Shown: positions 10,701 through 21,076, counted from the stretch's first letter. The stretch is DNA of 44,288 nt from Bacilli bacterium (GCA_038321575.1 JBBQFD010000003.1:1-44288); one strand, 5' to 3'. Program-made: numbers and translations. Notes: generated by a model from the letters alone, not told the origin.

Positions 10701-10720
10701 ATGCTTAGGCATCTTTTTTT
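10699..10720 (+). terminator. Intrinsic terminator after ysxC
   Basis: AGATGC-TTAG-GCATCT plus T tract. Confidence 0.8.
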
Positions 10721-10768
10721 GTTGAAAATAAACAAAGATATGCTATAATACAAAAACAGGTGATTCAT

Positions 10769-11686
10769 ATGAAAGAACAACTAAGTATTTCAGATAAACA
10801 AAAATTTGGAACTGAGATTGAATATGTCGATGTATATAAGTATGTTGTTGACAAAGAAATATCAAGACAAATTGCAACTAACAATCTATCAGTTAGAATT
10901 ATTAAAGGGTCAGATAGTTATAAGGAGTGGTCTAGAACACCAGACCCTTCCGTTATTAGTTTTAAAGGCGATCATTATAGTGGTGAGGTTGTATCCCCAA
11001 TTCTTCAAAATAAAGTTCAAGACTTAAAAGAATTAAAAACCATCTGCCATGTTTTGAAAAGACTTGGTGCTAATGTTAATGGTACCTGTGGTGCCCATAT
11101 TCATTTTGATGCCGCGTTTTTAGAAGATAACACTATTTATATTCAAAATCTTATCTTATTATATATGTGTTATGAAGATATCTTATATCGTTTTGCAGCT
11201 GGTGAACAATTAACTATGCGTCCAGGATTTCATAAGTATGCAGCTACTTTAAATAGTAGTATTGATTTGAAGACTTTAGAACGATATCTTTATGAAGAAC
11301 AACCATTTGATGAATTCTGTGATAACTTCATTAAAAATCGTCCCCTAAAATGTGATGGTCTATGTGACGGCTTATATTTAAGACGCCTTGATCACTCATT
11401 AGGTAATAACATTAACACTATTGAATTTAGAATTCCTAACGGGACATTAAATTATGATGTCTGGTTTAATAATATTAATACTTTCGGGTTAATGATGGAA
11501 TTTGCTAAAAAAATGGGTTTTGGACACCGTGATGATTTATATTGCAAAATCGTTAAACAAAAGAACGAACCATTTAATTATGAAAAAGAAGATTTAATCC
11601 GTGCTAAAGAATTTATTCAACTAATTTCTAAAAATAAGAGTGATGAAACACGCTTTATTAAACAATACCAAAAAGTAATAGAATAG
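10769..11686 (+). CDS. Putative amidoligase (Amidoligase_2 / COOH-NH2 ligase family)
   Basis: FGTEIE, DPSV, EVVSPIL, CGAHIH and TIEFRIPNGT motifs. Start placed at ATG 10769 after AGGTGA. Confidence 0.85.
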   Translation: MKEQLSISDKQKFGTEIEYVDVYKYVVDKEISRQIATNNLSVRIIKGSDSYKEWSRTPDPSVISFKGDHYSGEVVSPILQNKVQDLKELKTICHVLKRLGANVNGTCGAHIHFDAAFLEDNTIYIQNLILLYMCYEDILYRFAAGEQLTMRPGFHKYAATLNSSIDLKTLERYLYEEQPFDEFCDNFIKNRPLKCDGLCDGLYLRRLDHSLGNNINTIEFRIPNGTLNYDVWFNNINTFGLMMEFAKKMGFGHRDDLYCKIVKQKNEPFNYEKEDLIRAKEFIQLISKNKSDETRFIKQYQKVIE

Positions 11687-11731
11687 TTAGTATAAATATG
11701 CTATAATAAATAAGAATTAAGGGGTGAAAAC

Positions 11732-13060
11732 ATGAAAAAACCAGTAGTAGCACTAGTCGGCCGTCCTAATGTTGGTAAATCAACTATATTTAATAAATTA
11801 GTTGGTAAATCAATTTCCATAATTGAAGATACTCCAGGCGTTACTAGAGATCGTATTTATGGTACGGCTAAGTTTGAAGATTATTGTTTTCACTTAATCG
11901 ATACTGGCGGAATTGACGTTGGTAAAGAACTATTTGCAAATGAAATTAAAATTCAAGCCGAAATCGCAATCGATGAAGCTGATCTTGTTTTATTTGTTGT
12001 TGATGGTAAAGAAGGTATTACTTTAAATGATAAAGTAGTTCGTGATATGCTACAAAAAGCTAATAAAAAAGTAATTGTTGTTATAAACAAAGTTGATAGT
12101 AAAGAATCTCGTGATCATCTATATGACTTCTATGAACTTGGTTTTGATGATTATGTTAATGTCTCTGGTGAACAAAATATTGGGATTCAAGAATTGTTCG
12201 AGTTAATCACTAAAGACTTTGATCAAATGCCTGATTTAGAAGAATATGATGAATCAATGATTAAATTCTCAGTTATTGGTCGCCCTAATGTTGGAAAGAG
12301 TAGCTTAGTAAACGCGATTGTTAATGAAGAACGTGTTATTGTAAGCGATGTTCCAGGAACAACTCGCGATGCGATTGATACAGTATTTACCTATAATAAA
12401 GAAGAATATGTTGTAATTGATACAGCCGGTATTCGTAAAAAAGGTAAGATCTATGAAAAAATCGAAAAATATAGTTTAATTAGAGCCTTGCGTGCCATTG
12501 ATCGTAGTGATGTATGTTTAATTGTTTTAAATGCCGAAGAAGGCATTATCGAAAATGATAAACATATTGCTGGCTATGCAATTGAAGCAGGTAAAGCAGT
12601 AATTATTGTAGTAAACAAATGGGATGTTATTGAAGACAAAGATGAAGAAATGAAAAAGTTCACTAAAGAAATTCGTAATCATTTCCAATTTATGCCTTAT
12701 GCTCAAATTGTTTATCTATCAGCTCTTACCAAAAAACGTATCCATACCTTAATGCCAGAAATCTTAAAAGCTAATAATAACGCTAAAAAAGAGATTAAAA
12801 CTAGCTTATTAAATGATGTGGTTATGGATGCTTATTCATTAAACTTACCACCGACTTTTAAAGGTAGACGTTTAAAAATCTACTTTACTAGTCAAGCATC
12901 AGTTGGACCACCAACTTTCAATATTCAAGTTAATAATAAGATATTGGTTCATTTCTCATATCATCGTTATTTAGAAAATAAGATTCGTGAATCCTTTGAT
13001 TTCGAGGGAACACCGATTGTCTTACAATTTAAAAATAAAGGTGAAGACACCAAAATCTAA
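11732..13060 (+). CDS. der: Ribosome biogenesis GTPase Der/EngA
   Basis: Two GRPNVGKS G-domains, DTGG/DTAG motifs, C-terminal KH-like domain. Confidence 0.98.
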   Translation: MKKPVVALVGRPNVGKSTIFNKLVGKSISIIEDTPGVTRDRIYGTAKFEDYCFHLIDTGGIDVGKELFANEIKIQAEIAIDEADLVLFVVDGKEGITLNDKVVRDMLQKANKKVIVVINKVDSKESRDHLYDFYELGFDDYVNVSGEQNIGIQELFELITKDFDQMPDLEEYDESMIKFSVIGRPNVGKSSLVNAIVNEERVIVSDVPGTTRDAIDTVFTYNKEEYVVIDTAGIRKKGKIYEKIEKYSLIRALRAIDRSDVCLIVLNAEEGIIENDKHIAGYAIEAGKAVIIVVNKWDVIEDKDEEMKKFTKEIRNHFQFMPYAQIVYLSALTKKRIHTLMPEILKANNNAKKEIKTSLLNDVVMDAYSLNLPPTFKGRRLKIYFTSQASVGPPTFNIQVNNKILVHFSYHRYLENKIRESFDFEGTPIVLQFKNKGEDTKI

Positions 13061-13072
13061 CAAATATATGCT

Positions 13073-13100
13073 AAAAACTACCATTTTCGGTAGTTTTTTT
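13073..13100 (+). terminator. Intrinsic terminator after der
   Basis: AAAAACTACC-ATTTTC-GGTAGTTTTT. Confidence 0.8.
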
Positions 13101-13192
13101 GACAAAAACAGAAAAAAATGTTGATTTTCTAATAAAAAGGTGTTATCCTTTACTTGTAAGCATATATGCTTATAATATAGGAGGTAAGAGAT

Positions 13193-13465
13193 ATGTCAAA
13201 GACAGATTTAGTATCATTCATAGCAGAACAAACTGGCTTAACTAAAGCCGACTCAGCACGTGCATTGGAAGCAATGATCGGCGGAGTAGTAAAAGGACTA
13301 AAAAAAGAAAGTAAAGTAACATTAACAGGTTTTGCTACTTTCACAGCTAAGAAAAAAGCTGCGAAAGTTGGACGTAATCCAAGAACTGGAGCAAAAGTTC
13401 AAATCCCTGCTAGAGTTGCTATTTCAATCAAAGCTGGATCTAAATTAAAAGAAGCTTTAAACTAA
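13193..13465 (+). CDS. hup: DNA-binding protein HU
   Basis: VTLTGFATF and GRNPRTG motifs; 90 aa. Confidence 0.96.
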   Translation: MSKTDLVSFIAEQTGLTKADSARALEAMIGGVVKGLKKESKVTLTGFATFTAKKKAAKVGRNPRTGAKVQIPARVAISIKAGSKLKEALN

Positions 13466-13485
13466 AAGGCGTATGCCTTTTTTTT
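13464..13485 (+). terminator. Intrinsic terminator after hup
   Basis: AAAAGGC-GTAT-GCCTTTT plus T tract. Confidence 0.8.
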
Positions 13486-13529
13486 ATGCTCAAATGATGT
13501 TATAATTAATAATGGGATTAGGTGATTAT

Positions 13530-14627
13530 ATGCTAGAGCGTGCTCTTGAATTACTTAAATTGATTGAAGATAAAGGTTATAAAGCTTATATTGTTGGGGG
13601 TTATCCCAGAGATATCTATCTTGATCGTAAGAGTTTAGATATTGATATTTGTACTAATGCTACCCCTAAGGATTTAGGAATCATTTTTAAAGATAGTAAA
13701 ATGTCAAATGTTAGATATGGTTCAGTAAGTATCTTTTATCATAAAATACGTTTTGAGATAACTACTTTTCGTAGGGAAATCAAATATGAGAATCATCGTC
13801 AACCCGTTAAAATAAGATATATTGATAACCTGATTGATGATTTAAAACGCCGAGATTTCACAATTAATACGCTTTGTATTGATAGTGAAGGTAAAGTTTT
13901 AGATTTATTAAACGCTAAAGCTGATTTGGATAAACACCTTATTAAAATAGTAGGTAAACCTAAAAAGAAACTTAAAGAAGATGCCCTACGTATCTTAAGA
14001 GCTGTTCGTTTTGCAACCACTCTTAATTTTGAACTTGATTCAGATTTAAAAAAATATATCAAAAAATATAGTTATTTAGTAAAAGGTTTATCATACTTTC
14101 GTAAGAAAGAAGAACTCAATAAGATCTTCACTAGTCCTAATATAAAATATGGTATTAGCTTATTAACTGAATTAGGGCTTCTAGGGCCTTTAGAAATAAC
14201 TAAGTTGAATAATATCATCATTACTGACTCAATCATTGGTCTATGGGCTCAATTAGATAGTAATAACTACTTATTTACTGCTCATGAAGAAAATATGATT
14301 CATCATATTGAAGAATTACTTCAAAAGGATATTTTAGATCCTAATAACTTATATAAATATGACTTATATGAAAGTGAATTAGCTGGTGCTATCAAAGGTA
14401 TTGAGCATAAAATTATAGCTGAGGCATATAATGAATTATATATTCATAGTAAAAAAGAGATTGCGATTACTGCCAATGAAATTATAAAGTTATTAAACCA
14501 ACCGGCTGGATCATATTTAAAAGATATCTTTAATGATTTAGAGTATGCTTTAGTGAATAAAGTTATTAAAAATGATGACAAGGATATTAAAGAATATATT
14601 AATCAGAAATATAAGACTACTAAATAG
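13530..14627 (+). CDS. cca: CCA tRNA nucleotidyltransferase
   Basis: VGGYPRD, DIDI, EITTFR, DLKRRDFTIN and EDALRILRAVRF motifs. Start at ATG 13530 after AGGTGA. Confidence 0.92.
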   Translation: MLERALELLKLIEDKGYKAYIVGGYPRDIYLDRKSLDIDICTNATPKDLGIIFKDSKMSNVRYGSVSIFYHKIRFEITTFRREIKYENHRQPVKIRYIDNLIDDLKRRDFTINTLCIDSEGKVLDLLNAKADLDKHLIKIVGKPKKKLKEDALRILRAVRFATTLNFELDSDLKKYIKKYSYLVKGLSYFRKKEELNKIFTSPNIKYGISLLTELGLLGPLEITKLNNIIITDSIIGLWAQLDSNNYLFTAHEENMIHHIEELLQKDILDPNNLYKYDLYESELAGAIKGIEHKIIAEAYNELYIHSKKEIAITANEIIKLLNQPAGSYLKDIFNDLEYALVNKVIKNDDKDIKEYINQKYKTTK

Positions 14628-14683
14628 TCTTTTTCTATACAAAAATTTTTATTTAAGGTATAATAAAACCAGGAAGTGATATT

Positions 14684-15331
14684 ATGGTTGATAAAGTAAT
14701 AAAACTATTAAAAGATAACGCGGTTATGATCCCACGCCATTTAATAATGAATTATCGTAACCTTAAAATAACTGATTTAGAATTAGTAATTTTAATCTAT
14801 CTTATTAATGATGATAACAAAGGTTATAATCCTAAAAAAATAAGTATGGACCTTAATATTGATTTAAATGATGTTTTAGAAAGTATTAATAGCTTAACTA
14901 GTAAAGACATTTTAACTTTAGAAGTTCGTAAAGTAGGAACCATTCGTGAAGAGTTCTTATCATTAGATAACCTATATAATAAATTAGCGTTTATCATTGT
15001 TAATGATCAACCTAATAATGATTTAACCAAGAGTAATTTATTTGATGTTTTTGAAAAAGAATTTGGTCGTACCTTATCACCCATTGAATATGAATTAATC
15101 AATGGCTGGCAAGATGGTAAATTTAGTGAAGAACTAATTGGTTTAGCACTAAAAGAAGCGGTCTTTAACGGGGTCTTTAATCTTCGTTATATCGATAAGA
15201 TTCTTTATGAATGGGAGAAAAAAGGCATTAAAAATAAAGATGACCTTGAAAAAGAACGTACTAATTTCAAGAATAAGAAAATAGATAAAAAAGAACTATT
15301 TGATTATGATTGGTTAAATGAAAAAGAATAA
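14684..15331 (+). CDS. dnaD: Primosomal protein DnaD
   Basis: N-terminal winged helix; FEKEFGRTLSPIEYE, ALKEAV and YIDKILYEW motifs. Confidence 0.93.
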   Translation: MVDKVIKLLKDNAVMIPRHLIMNYRNLKITDLELVILIYLINDDNKGYNPKKISMDLNIDLNDVLESINSLTSKDILTLEVRKVGTIREEFLSLDNLYNKLAFIIVNDQPNNDLTKSNLFDVFEKEFGRTLSPIEYELINGWQDGKFSEELIGLALKEAVFNGVFNLRYIDKILYEWEKKGIKNKDDLEKERTNFKNKKIDKKELFDYDWLNEKE

Positions 15332-15333
15332 AG

Positions 15334-15361
15334 AAAAAAACTGTTTATAACAGTTTTTTTT
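15334..15361. terminator. Bidirectional terminator between dnaD and lemA
   Basis: AAAAAAACTGTT-TAT-AACAGTTTTTTT. Confidence 0.8.
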
Positions 15362-15905
15362 ATAGTTTAAAATCATTTTCTAATTCATCAGTCATATCTT
15401 TACCATCAAAATAAGTCTTTTGTTTATACTTACATGCTAGAGCAACCATATTAGATGGGAATATTCGAACATGACGATTATAATCAGTTATAACATCATT
15501 ATAATACTTTCTTAAAGCATATATTTCTGATTCTGATTCATTTAAACAAACACATATTTTATTAAAACCTTCAACTTGGCATAAAGCAGGACAAGTATCT
15601 TTATATTTATTAAATTCATTAATCGCATCGTAAAGTGATCTATCTAATTCAAAATTTGTTAACTTACGAGAACGTAATTTAATAATTATTTCTAATACTT
15701 CACCATCAACATCAGCATTACCATTAATTATTCCAATTGATCTATTTAATAAATCAAATCTTTTTCTGAGTGTGGAGTCAATATTAGCTTCCGCTTCGTT
15801 AACACGGATAATATAACTTTGAAACCTATTATATATTGAAATATAAGCAATAAGTAAAATACATACGATTACAACCATAAATAGCGAGTACATTATAATG
15901 TCCAT
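15360..15905 (-). CDS. LemA family protein
   Basis: N-terminal TM helix; ANIDSTLRKRFDL and RKYYNDVITDYN...FPSNMVA motifs. Start at ATG 15905 after AGGTGA. Confidence 0.88.
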   Translation of the reverse strand: MDIIMYSLFMVVIVCILLIAYISIYNRFQSYIIRVNEAEANIDSTLRKRFDLLNRSIGIINGNADVDGEVLEIIIKLRSRKLTNFELDRSLYDAINEFNKYKDTCPALCQVEGFNKICVCLNESESEIYALRKYYNDVITDYNRHVRIFPSNMVALACKYKQKTYFDGKDMTDELENDFKL

Positions 15906-16011
15906 TTTATCACCTGTAAACATTATAACAAAAACAAACCATATTATCAATTATATTGAAGATAATATTTATAAAAAAAATATATTATGTTATAATAAGT
16001 TAGGTGATAAA

Positions 16012-16593
16012 ATGGATTTAAAAATTGGAGTCTCAAACCGCCATGTACATTTAAAACAAGAAGACTTAAATGTCTTATTTGGTAATAACTTTACATTGGA
16101 ATTTGATCGTGATTTATCGCAAGCAGATGAGTTTGCTAGTAAGCAATTTCTTACTATTAAGACTCTTAAAGACGAAATCAAAAACGTTCGTGTTTTAGGT
16201 CCTATTCGTGATTATACCCAAATCGAAGTATCTAAAACTGATGCTTATAAACTTGGTATTAATCCACCAATTCGTAATTCAGAAGATCTAGTTGGTAGTT
16301 GTCCTATTACCTTGATTGGACCAGCCGGAACTCTTGAACTTAATGAAGGTTGTATTATTGCTACTCGTCATATTCATTTAAATCAAAGTGAAGCTGATGC
16401 TTTAGGACTTGCTAATATGGAAACTATTTCAGTTAGAGTTAATGGTATCAAAGGTGGTATTTTAGATAATGTTTATTTAAAAATAGATGAACACTATACT
16501 TTAGAGATGCATCTTGATACTGATGATGCTAATGCCCATCTTGTTAATAATGGGGATTTAGGGCTTATAATTAAAGACGAAAACAAGTTATAA
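16012..16593 (+). CDS. pduL: Phosphate propanoyltransferase PduL family (phosphotransacylase)
   Basis: GVSNRHVHL, VRVLGPIR, ATRHIH and MHLDTDDANA motifs. Start at ATG 16012 after AGGTGA. Confidence 0.92.
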   Translation: MDLKIGVSNRHVHLKQEDLNVLFGNNFTLEFDRDLSQADEFASKQFLTIKTLKDEIKNVRVLGPIRDYTQIEVSKTDAYKLGINPPIRNSEDLVGSCPITLIGPAGTLELNEGCIIATRHIHLNQSEADALGLANMETISVRVNGIKGGILDNVYLKIDEHYTLEMHLDTDDANAHLVNNGDLGLIIKDENKL

Positions 16594-16716
16594 TTTTTAT
16601 ACTTGTTTTTTTATTTTTATGATATAATGTATAAATAATAAATATTTAAATAGATAGATGCTTTTTTACCTAACTTATGTTATAATTGCTTTTGGTAAAA
16701 AAGAAAGAGGGTTTTT

Positions 16717-17100
16717 ATGCAAAAAATAAATATAAAAACATCCTTGATTGAACCCAACATAAAAGATGCCCAACTAGATCTTGAAACTAAAGGTACAATC
16801 AATGAAAATTGTATTATATATAAAGATATTGATGTTAAAGTAACGGTTAAATGCCAACCCAATCTTTTGACTTTAATTCGTGAAAATGATACTTATAAAC
16901 TTATTATGTTGTTTGAACCCAATAAAAATAGTGATGGTATATATACATTAAAAGGTGAACATGCAACCTTATCAATTAGAATTAAGACAACTAATCTTAT
17001 TATAGATGATCATAAAATTGAAGTTGATTATCAAATTAAACATGATAATAAAAGTATTAATTATTTTAAATATATTTTAGAATATGAGGCGATTGAATGA
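16717..17100 (+). CDS. DUF1934 (YwiB-like) beta-barrel protein
   Basis: Size, beta-rich pattern and ATGA coupling to argS, a position typical of this family in Bacilli. Confidence 0.65.
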   Translation: MQKINIKTSLIEPNIKDAQLDLETKGTINENCIIYKDIDVKVTVKCQPNLLTLIRENDTYKLIMLFEPNKNSDGIYTLKGEHATLSIRIKTTNLIIDDHKIEVDYQIKHDNKSINYFKYILEYEAIE

Positions 17101-18707
17101 AAGATAAATTAAAAGCATTATTAAATGAATCATTAATTAAAAATAATATGGTTAAAGCTATTGATGATATCATTATTGAAACACCGAAAGACAATACTTT
17201 TGGTGATTACGCAACTAATATTGCGATGCAAATTGCGAAAGATAGCAAATCAAATCCTCGTGATATTGCTAATTTAATTATATCTAATATAAATGACCCC
17301 GTAATCATTAAAATCGAAATTGCGGGTCCGGGTTTCATTAATTTTTATGTCAAAAAAGATTATTTATTAGATAATATTAATACGGTTATTAAAGAAGATA
17401 TTAATTATGGTAAATCAGCTATTGGAAAAGGTATTAAAGTAAATGTTGAATATGTTAGTGCTAATCCAACAGGGACTTTGCATTTAGGGCATGCTCGTGG
17501 TGCTAGTTATGGTGATAATTTAACAAGATTGTTAAGTTACAGTGGCTATGATGTTACCCGTGAATTTTATATCAACGATGCCGGCAACCAAATTAATAAT
17601 TTAACCAAATCTATAGAAGGTCGTTACCGTGGTTTATGTGGATTAGAAGAAAATATGCCCCAAGAAGGTTATCATGGTAAAGAAATTATTACGATTGCAG
17701 AATCATTATATAAAGAATATGGTAAGGACTTAACTGATGAAGAAGTATTTAGAACTAGTGGTCTAAATTATTTATTAGATCAAATCAAATTAGATTTAAA
17801 AAATTTCCGTGTGGAATTTGACTTATGGTCAAGTGAACAATCATTATATGATAATGGATCAGTTGATAAGATGTTAGCTTTACTTAAAAATAATGCTTAT
17901 ACTTACGAACAAGATGGTGCCTTATGGCTTCAAACAACTGTTTATGGTGATGAAAAAGACCGTGTTTTAGTAAAAAGTGATGGTACTAATACTTATTTAG
18001 TTCCAGATATTGCTTATCATTTGGAAAAATATGGTCGTGGCTATGATATGTTAATTGATATCTTTGGTGCTGATCATCATGGTTATGTACCTCGTTTGAA
18101 AGCCGGTATTAAAATTGCTGGTCAAGATCCAGATAAATTAAATGTTGAAATATTACAAATGGTGCGTTTGGTTCGTAATGGTGAAGAAGTTAAAATGAGC
18201 AAACGAACTGGTAATGCGGTTACTATCAATGAACTAGTCGAAGATGTTGGAATTGATGCTACTAGATATTTCTTCGCAATGCGTTCATTAGATACCCAAA
18301 TGGATTTTGATTTAGATTTAGCGACTAAAAAAACTAATGATAATCCTGTTTATTATGTTCAATATGCTTATGCGCGTATTTGTACTATAATCAGTGATTA
18401 TTTAAAAGAAGTTAAAGTGCTTGATTCATATACAACTATTGACTCTGAATATGCTTATAATTTACTTTCTAAAGTATATGAATTTAAGGATGTTGTTGAG
18501 CAAAGTGCTTTAAAAAAAGCACCTCATATTATAACTAATTATGTTTATGATTTAGCTGGTCTATTTCATACATACTATGCTCATGAGAAGATTTTAACTG
18601 ATAACGAGACATCAACTATGGAACGCATTAATTTAATTAAGGCGGTCGCTATTACAATAAAGAATGCTTTAAACCTTATTGGTGTTGAAGCTATCGAAAA
18701 GATGTAG
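17097..18707 (+). CDS. argS: Arginine--tRNA ligase
   Basis: EYVSANPTGTLHLGH, GADHHGY, KMSKRTG and YYVQYAYAR motifs. Confidence 0.98.
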   Translation: MKDKLKALLNESLIKNNMVKAIDDIIIETPKDNTFGDYATNIAMQIAKDSKSNPRDIANLIISNINDPVIIKIEIAGPGFINFYVKKDYLLDNINTVIKEDINYGKSAIGKGIKVNVEYVSANPTGTLHLGHARGASYGDNLTRLLSYSGYDVTREFYINDAGNQINNLTKSIEGRYRGLCGLEENMPQEGYHGKEIITIAESLYKEYGKDLTDEEVFRTSGLNYLLDQIKLDLKNFRVEFDLWSSEQSLYDNGSVDKMLALLKNNAYTYEQDGALWLQTTVYGDEKDRVLVKSDGTNTYLVPDIAYHLEKYGRGYDMLIDIFGADHHGYVPRLKAGIKIAGQDPDKLNVEILQMVRLVRNGEEVKMSKRTGNAVTINELVEDVGIDATRYFFAMRSLDTQMDFDLDLATKKTNDNPVYYVQYAYARICTIISDYLKEVKVLDSYTTIDSEYAYNLLSKVYEFKDVVEQSALKKAPHIITNYVYDLAGLFHTYYAHEKILTDNETSTMERINLIKAVAITIKNALNLIGVEAIEKM

Positions 18708-18716
18708 GAGGTATTT

Positions 18717-19148
18717 ATGAAATTAAAGAATATAACCCCAGAAGAAATCGAATTATTATCATATACAGATATTACGTATATGATTTTGAAAGAAGCCAAG
18801 AAGCCACTTAATACACCAACGATATTTCACCAAATATGTGATTTACTTGGTTATAGTGAAACTGATTATGTTAATAAAATAGGTGATTACTATACCTCAC
18901 TGACTATTGATAAACGTTTTGTGCTTCTTGAAAAAGCTGAGTGGGATTTACGTGATCATCACTCCGTTAAATTAATTATTGATGACGATGAAGAAGATAC
19001 AACTGATGAAGAAGAAGTTGATGAAGTAGTTGAGGCTCCTCACGCGGAAGTCGACGTTATTGATCATTTATTAGAACCGGAAGATTTAGATGATGTTGAT
19101 GATGATATTGAGGATTTAACAATTGTCTCAGAAGAAGAAATCGAATAG
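18717..19148 (+). CDS. rpoE: RNA polymerase delta subunit
   Basis: YTSLTIDKRF..L....WDLR N-terminal domain plus acidic tail. Confidence 0.92.
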   Translation: MKLKNITPEEIELLSYTDITYMILKEAKKPLNTPTIFHQICDLLGYSETDYVNKIGDYYTSLTIDKRFVLLEKAEWDLRDHHSVKLIIDDDEEDTTDEEEVDEVVEAPHAEVDVIDHLLEPEDLDDVDDDIEDLTIVSEEEIE

Positions 19149-19167
19149 TACACTAAGTGTACTTTTT
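19147..19167 (+). terminator. Intrinsic terminator after rpoE
   Basis: AGTACAC-TAA-GTGTACT plus T tract. Confidence 0.8.
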
Positions 19168-19223
19168 GTTTGCTTATTAACTATATATATAGTATAATTT
19201 TACTAGTTTGAAGGGATGATAAT

Positions 19224-20279
19224 ATGTTAGAAAGATTAACTGCTATTGAGATTAGATACAATGAATTAAATGAATTATTAATGCTACCTGAAAACATCAA
19301 TAATCATCGTTTTAGTATGGTATTAAGTAAAGAACAAGCCTTACTTCGTGATGCTTATGAAATATATCAAGAATATAAGAAAGTAATTAATGCTATCCAT
19401 GATACTGAAGAAATGATTAAAGACCCTGAAATGGGTGAAATAGCTCGTGAAGAATTAGTTATTTTAAATAATGCTAAATTAAAATTAGATGCTGATATAG
19501 AACTCATTTTATTACCTAAAGACCCTAATGATGGTAAGAATGTAATTGTTGAAATCCGTGGGGCTGCTGGTGGGGATGAAGCTAATATCTTTGCTGGTGA
19601 TTTATATCGTATGTATACTAGATATTCTGAAAAAGAAGGTTGGGATATTGAACCAATTTATGAAGAACCATGCGCAACTGGTGGTTATTCACAAATTGAA
19701 TTTATGATTAAAGGCGATAATGTTTATTCTAAATTAAAATATGAAAGTGGTGCTCATCGTGTTCAAAGAGTACCCGAAACTGAAAGTTTAGGAAGAACTC
19801 ATACTTCAACTTCAACTGTTCTGGTTATGCCTGAGGCTGATGAAGTTGATGTTGAGATTAAAGATATTGATATTAAAACTGATGTATATCGTAGTAGTGG
19901 TGCCGGTGGGCAAAGTGTTAATACTACCGATAGTGCAGTGCGTGTTACCCATATTCCAACAGGGGTTGCGGTTGCATGTCAAACCGAACGTAGTCAAATT
20001 AAAAATAAAGAACGTGCCATGACTTTACTTCGCTCACGTGTCTATGAAGAAATCCTTCGTAAACATGATGAAGAAGTAGGAGCAGTAAGAAAAGATAAAA
20101 TTGGTACAGGTGATCGTTCTGAGAAAATTAGAACCTATAACTATCCTCAAAATAGAGTAACAGATCATCGTATTGGTTTTACTACTAAACAACTTGATCG
20201 AGTTATGGATGGGGCTTTGGATGAAATTATTCAAGCATTAATTACAGAAGATCAAGCTCGTAAGTTAAAAGGTGAATAA
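19224..20279 (+). CDS. prfA: Peptide chain release factor 1
   Basis: HRVQRVPET (PxT), GAGGQ and RTYNYPQNRVTDHR motifs. Promoter TTGCTT(19170)-17-TATAAT(19193). Confidence 0.98.
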   Translation: MLERLTAIEIRYNELNELLMLPENINNHRFSMVLSKEQALLRDAYEIYQEYKKVINAIHDTEEMIKDPEMGEIAREELVILNNAKLKLDADIELILLPKDPNDGKNVIVEIRGAAGGDEANIFAGDLYRMYTRYSEKEGWDIEPIYEEPCATGGYSQIEFMIKGDNVYSKLKYESGAHRVQRVPETESLGRTHTSTSTVLVMPEADEVDVEIKDIDIKTDVYRSSGAGGQSVNTTDSAVRVTHIPTGVAVACQTERSQIKNKERAMTLLRSRVYEEILRKHDEEVGAVRKDKIGTGDRSEKIRTYNYPQNRVTDHRIGFTTKQLDRVMDGALDEIIQALITEDQARKLKGE

Positions 20280-20995
20280 TGAATGATATTGATTATTTAA
20301 AAAAATATTTAGACCCAAGTCTTTTAGAAGATGGTCTGAAAAGATTAGAACAAGGTGAACCAGTACAATATATTATTGGTAATGTTAACTTTTATGGTTA
20401 TACCATTAAAGTTAATAAAAATGTTTTAATTCCCAGATTTGAAACTGAACTTTTAGTATCAAAAACCATTAATTATATTGATAAATATTTAAATCAAAAT
20501 ATTAATATTCTTGATTTAGGTACGGGTAGTGGTTGTATAGCTATTACTTTAAAAAAGGCTTTACCTAATAGTAATGTTACTGCCATTGATATCTTTAATG
20601 AGGTATTAGTGGTCGCTAAAGAAAATGCTATTTTAAATAATACTGATATTACTTTTTATCAAAGTGATATGCTAACTTCCGTTACTGGTAAATATGATGT
20701 TATTATTAGTAATCCACCTTATATAGCGCTTGATGGTGAGATAATGGATATCGTTAAGAATAATGAACCTAAAGAAGCTCTATATGCCCTTAATAATGGT
20801 TTAAAGCACTATGAAGATATATTAATGAATGCCAATAAATATCTTAATGATAAGTTTATCATAGCTTTTGAAATTGGTGATAAACAAGGACTCGATGTTT
20901 ATAATATCGCATTAAAATATTTCAATAAAGCTATGATAACTATTGAAAAAGATCTTTTAGATAAAGATCGTTATATATTCATTATAAAAAAATAA
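20279..20995 (+). CDS. prmC: Release factor glutamine methyltransferase (short N-terminus)
   Basis: EPVQYIIG, VLIPRFETE, DLGTGSGCI and SNPPY motifs; coupled to prfA. Confidence 0.95.
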   Translation: MNDIDYLKKYLDPSLLEDGLKRLEQGEPVQYIIGNVNFYGYTIKVNKNVLIPRFETELLVSKTINYIDKYLNQNINILDLGTGSGCIAITLKKALPNSNVTAIDIFNEVLVVAKENAILNNTDITFYQSDMLTSVTGKYDVIISNPPYIALDGEIMDIVKNNEPKEALYALNNGLKHYEDILMNANKYLNDKFIIAFEIGDKQGLDVYNIALKYFNKAMITIEKDLLDKDRYIFIIKK

Positions 20996-21016
20996 GAATA
21001 GTTAAACTATTCTTTT
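20994..21016 (+). terminator. Intrinsic terminator after prmC
   Basis: AAGAATAGT-TAA-ACTATTCTT plus T. Confidence 0.7.
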
Positions 21017-21076
21017 CATTTGTATTTAAAACTTATATTTGTTATAATTAAATTAATAATAGGGAGGCTCGTCATT

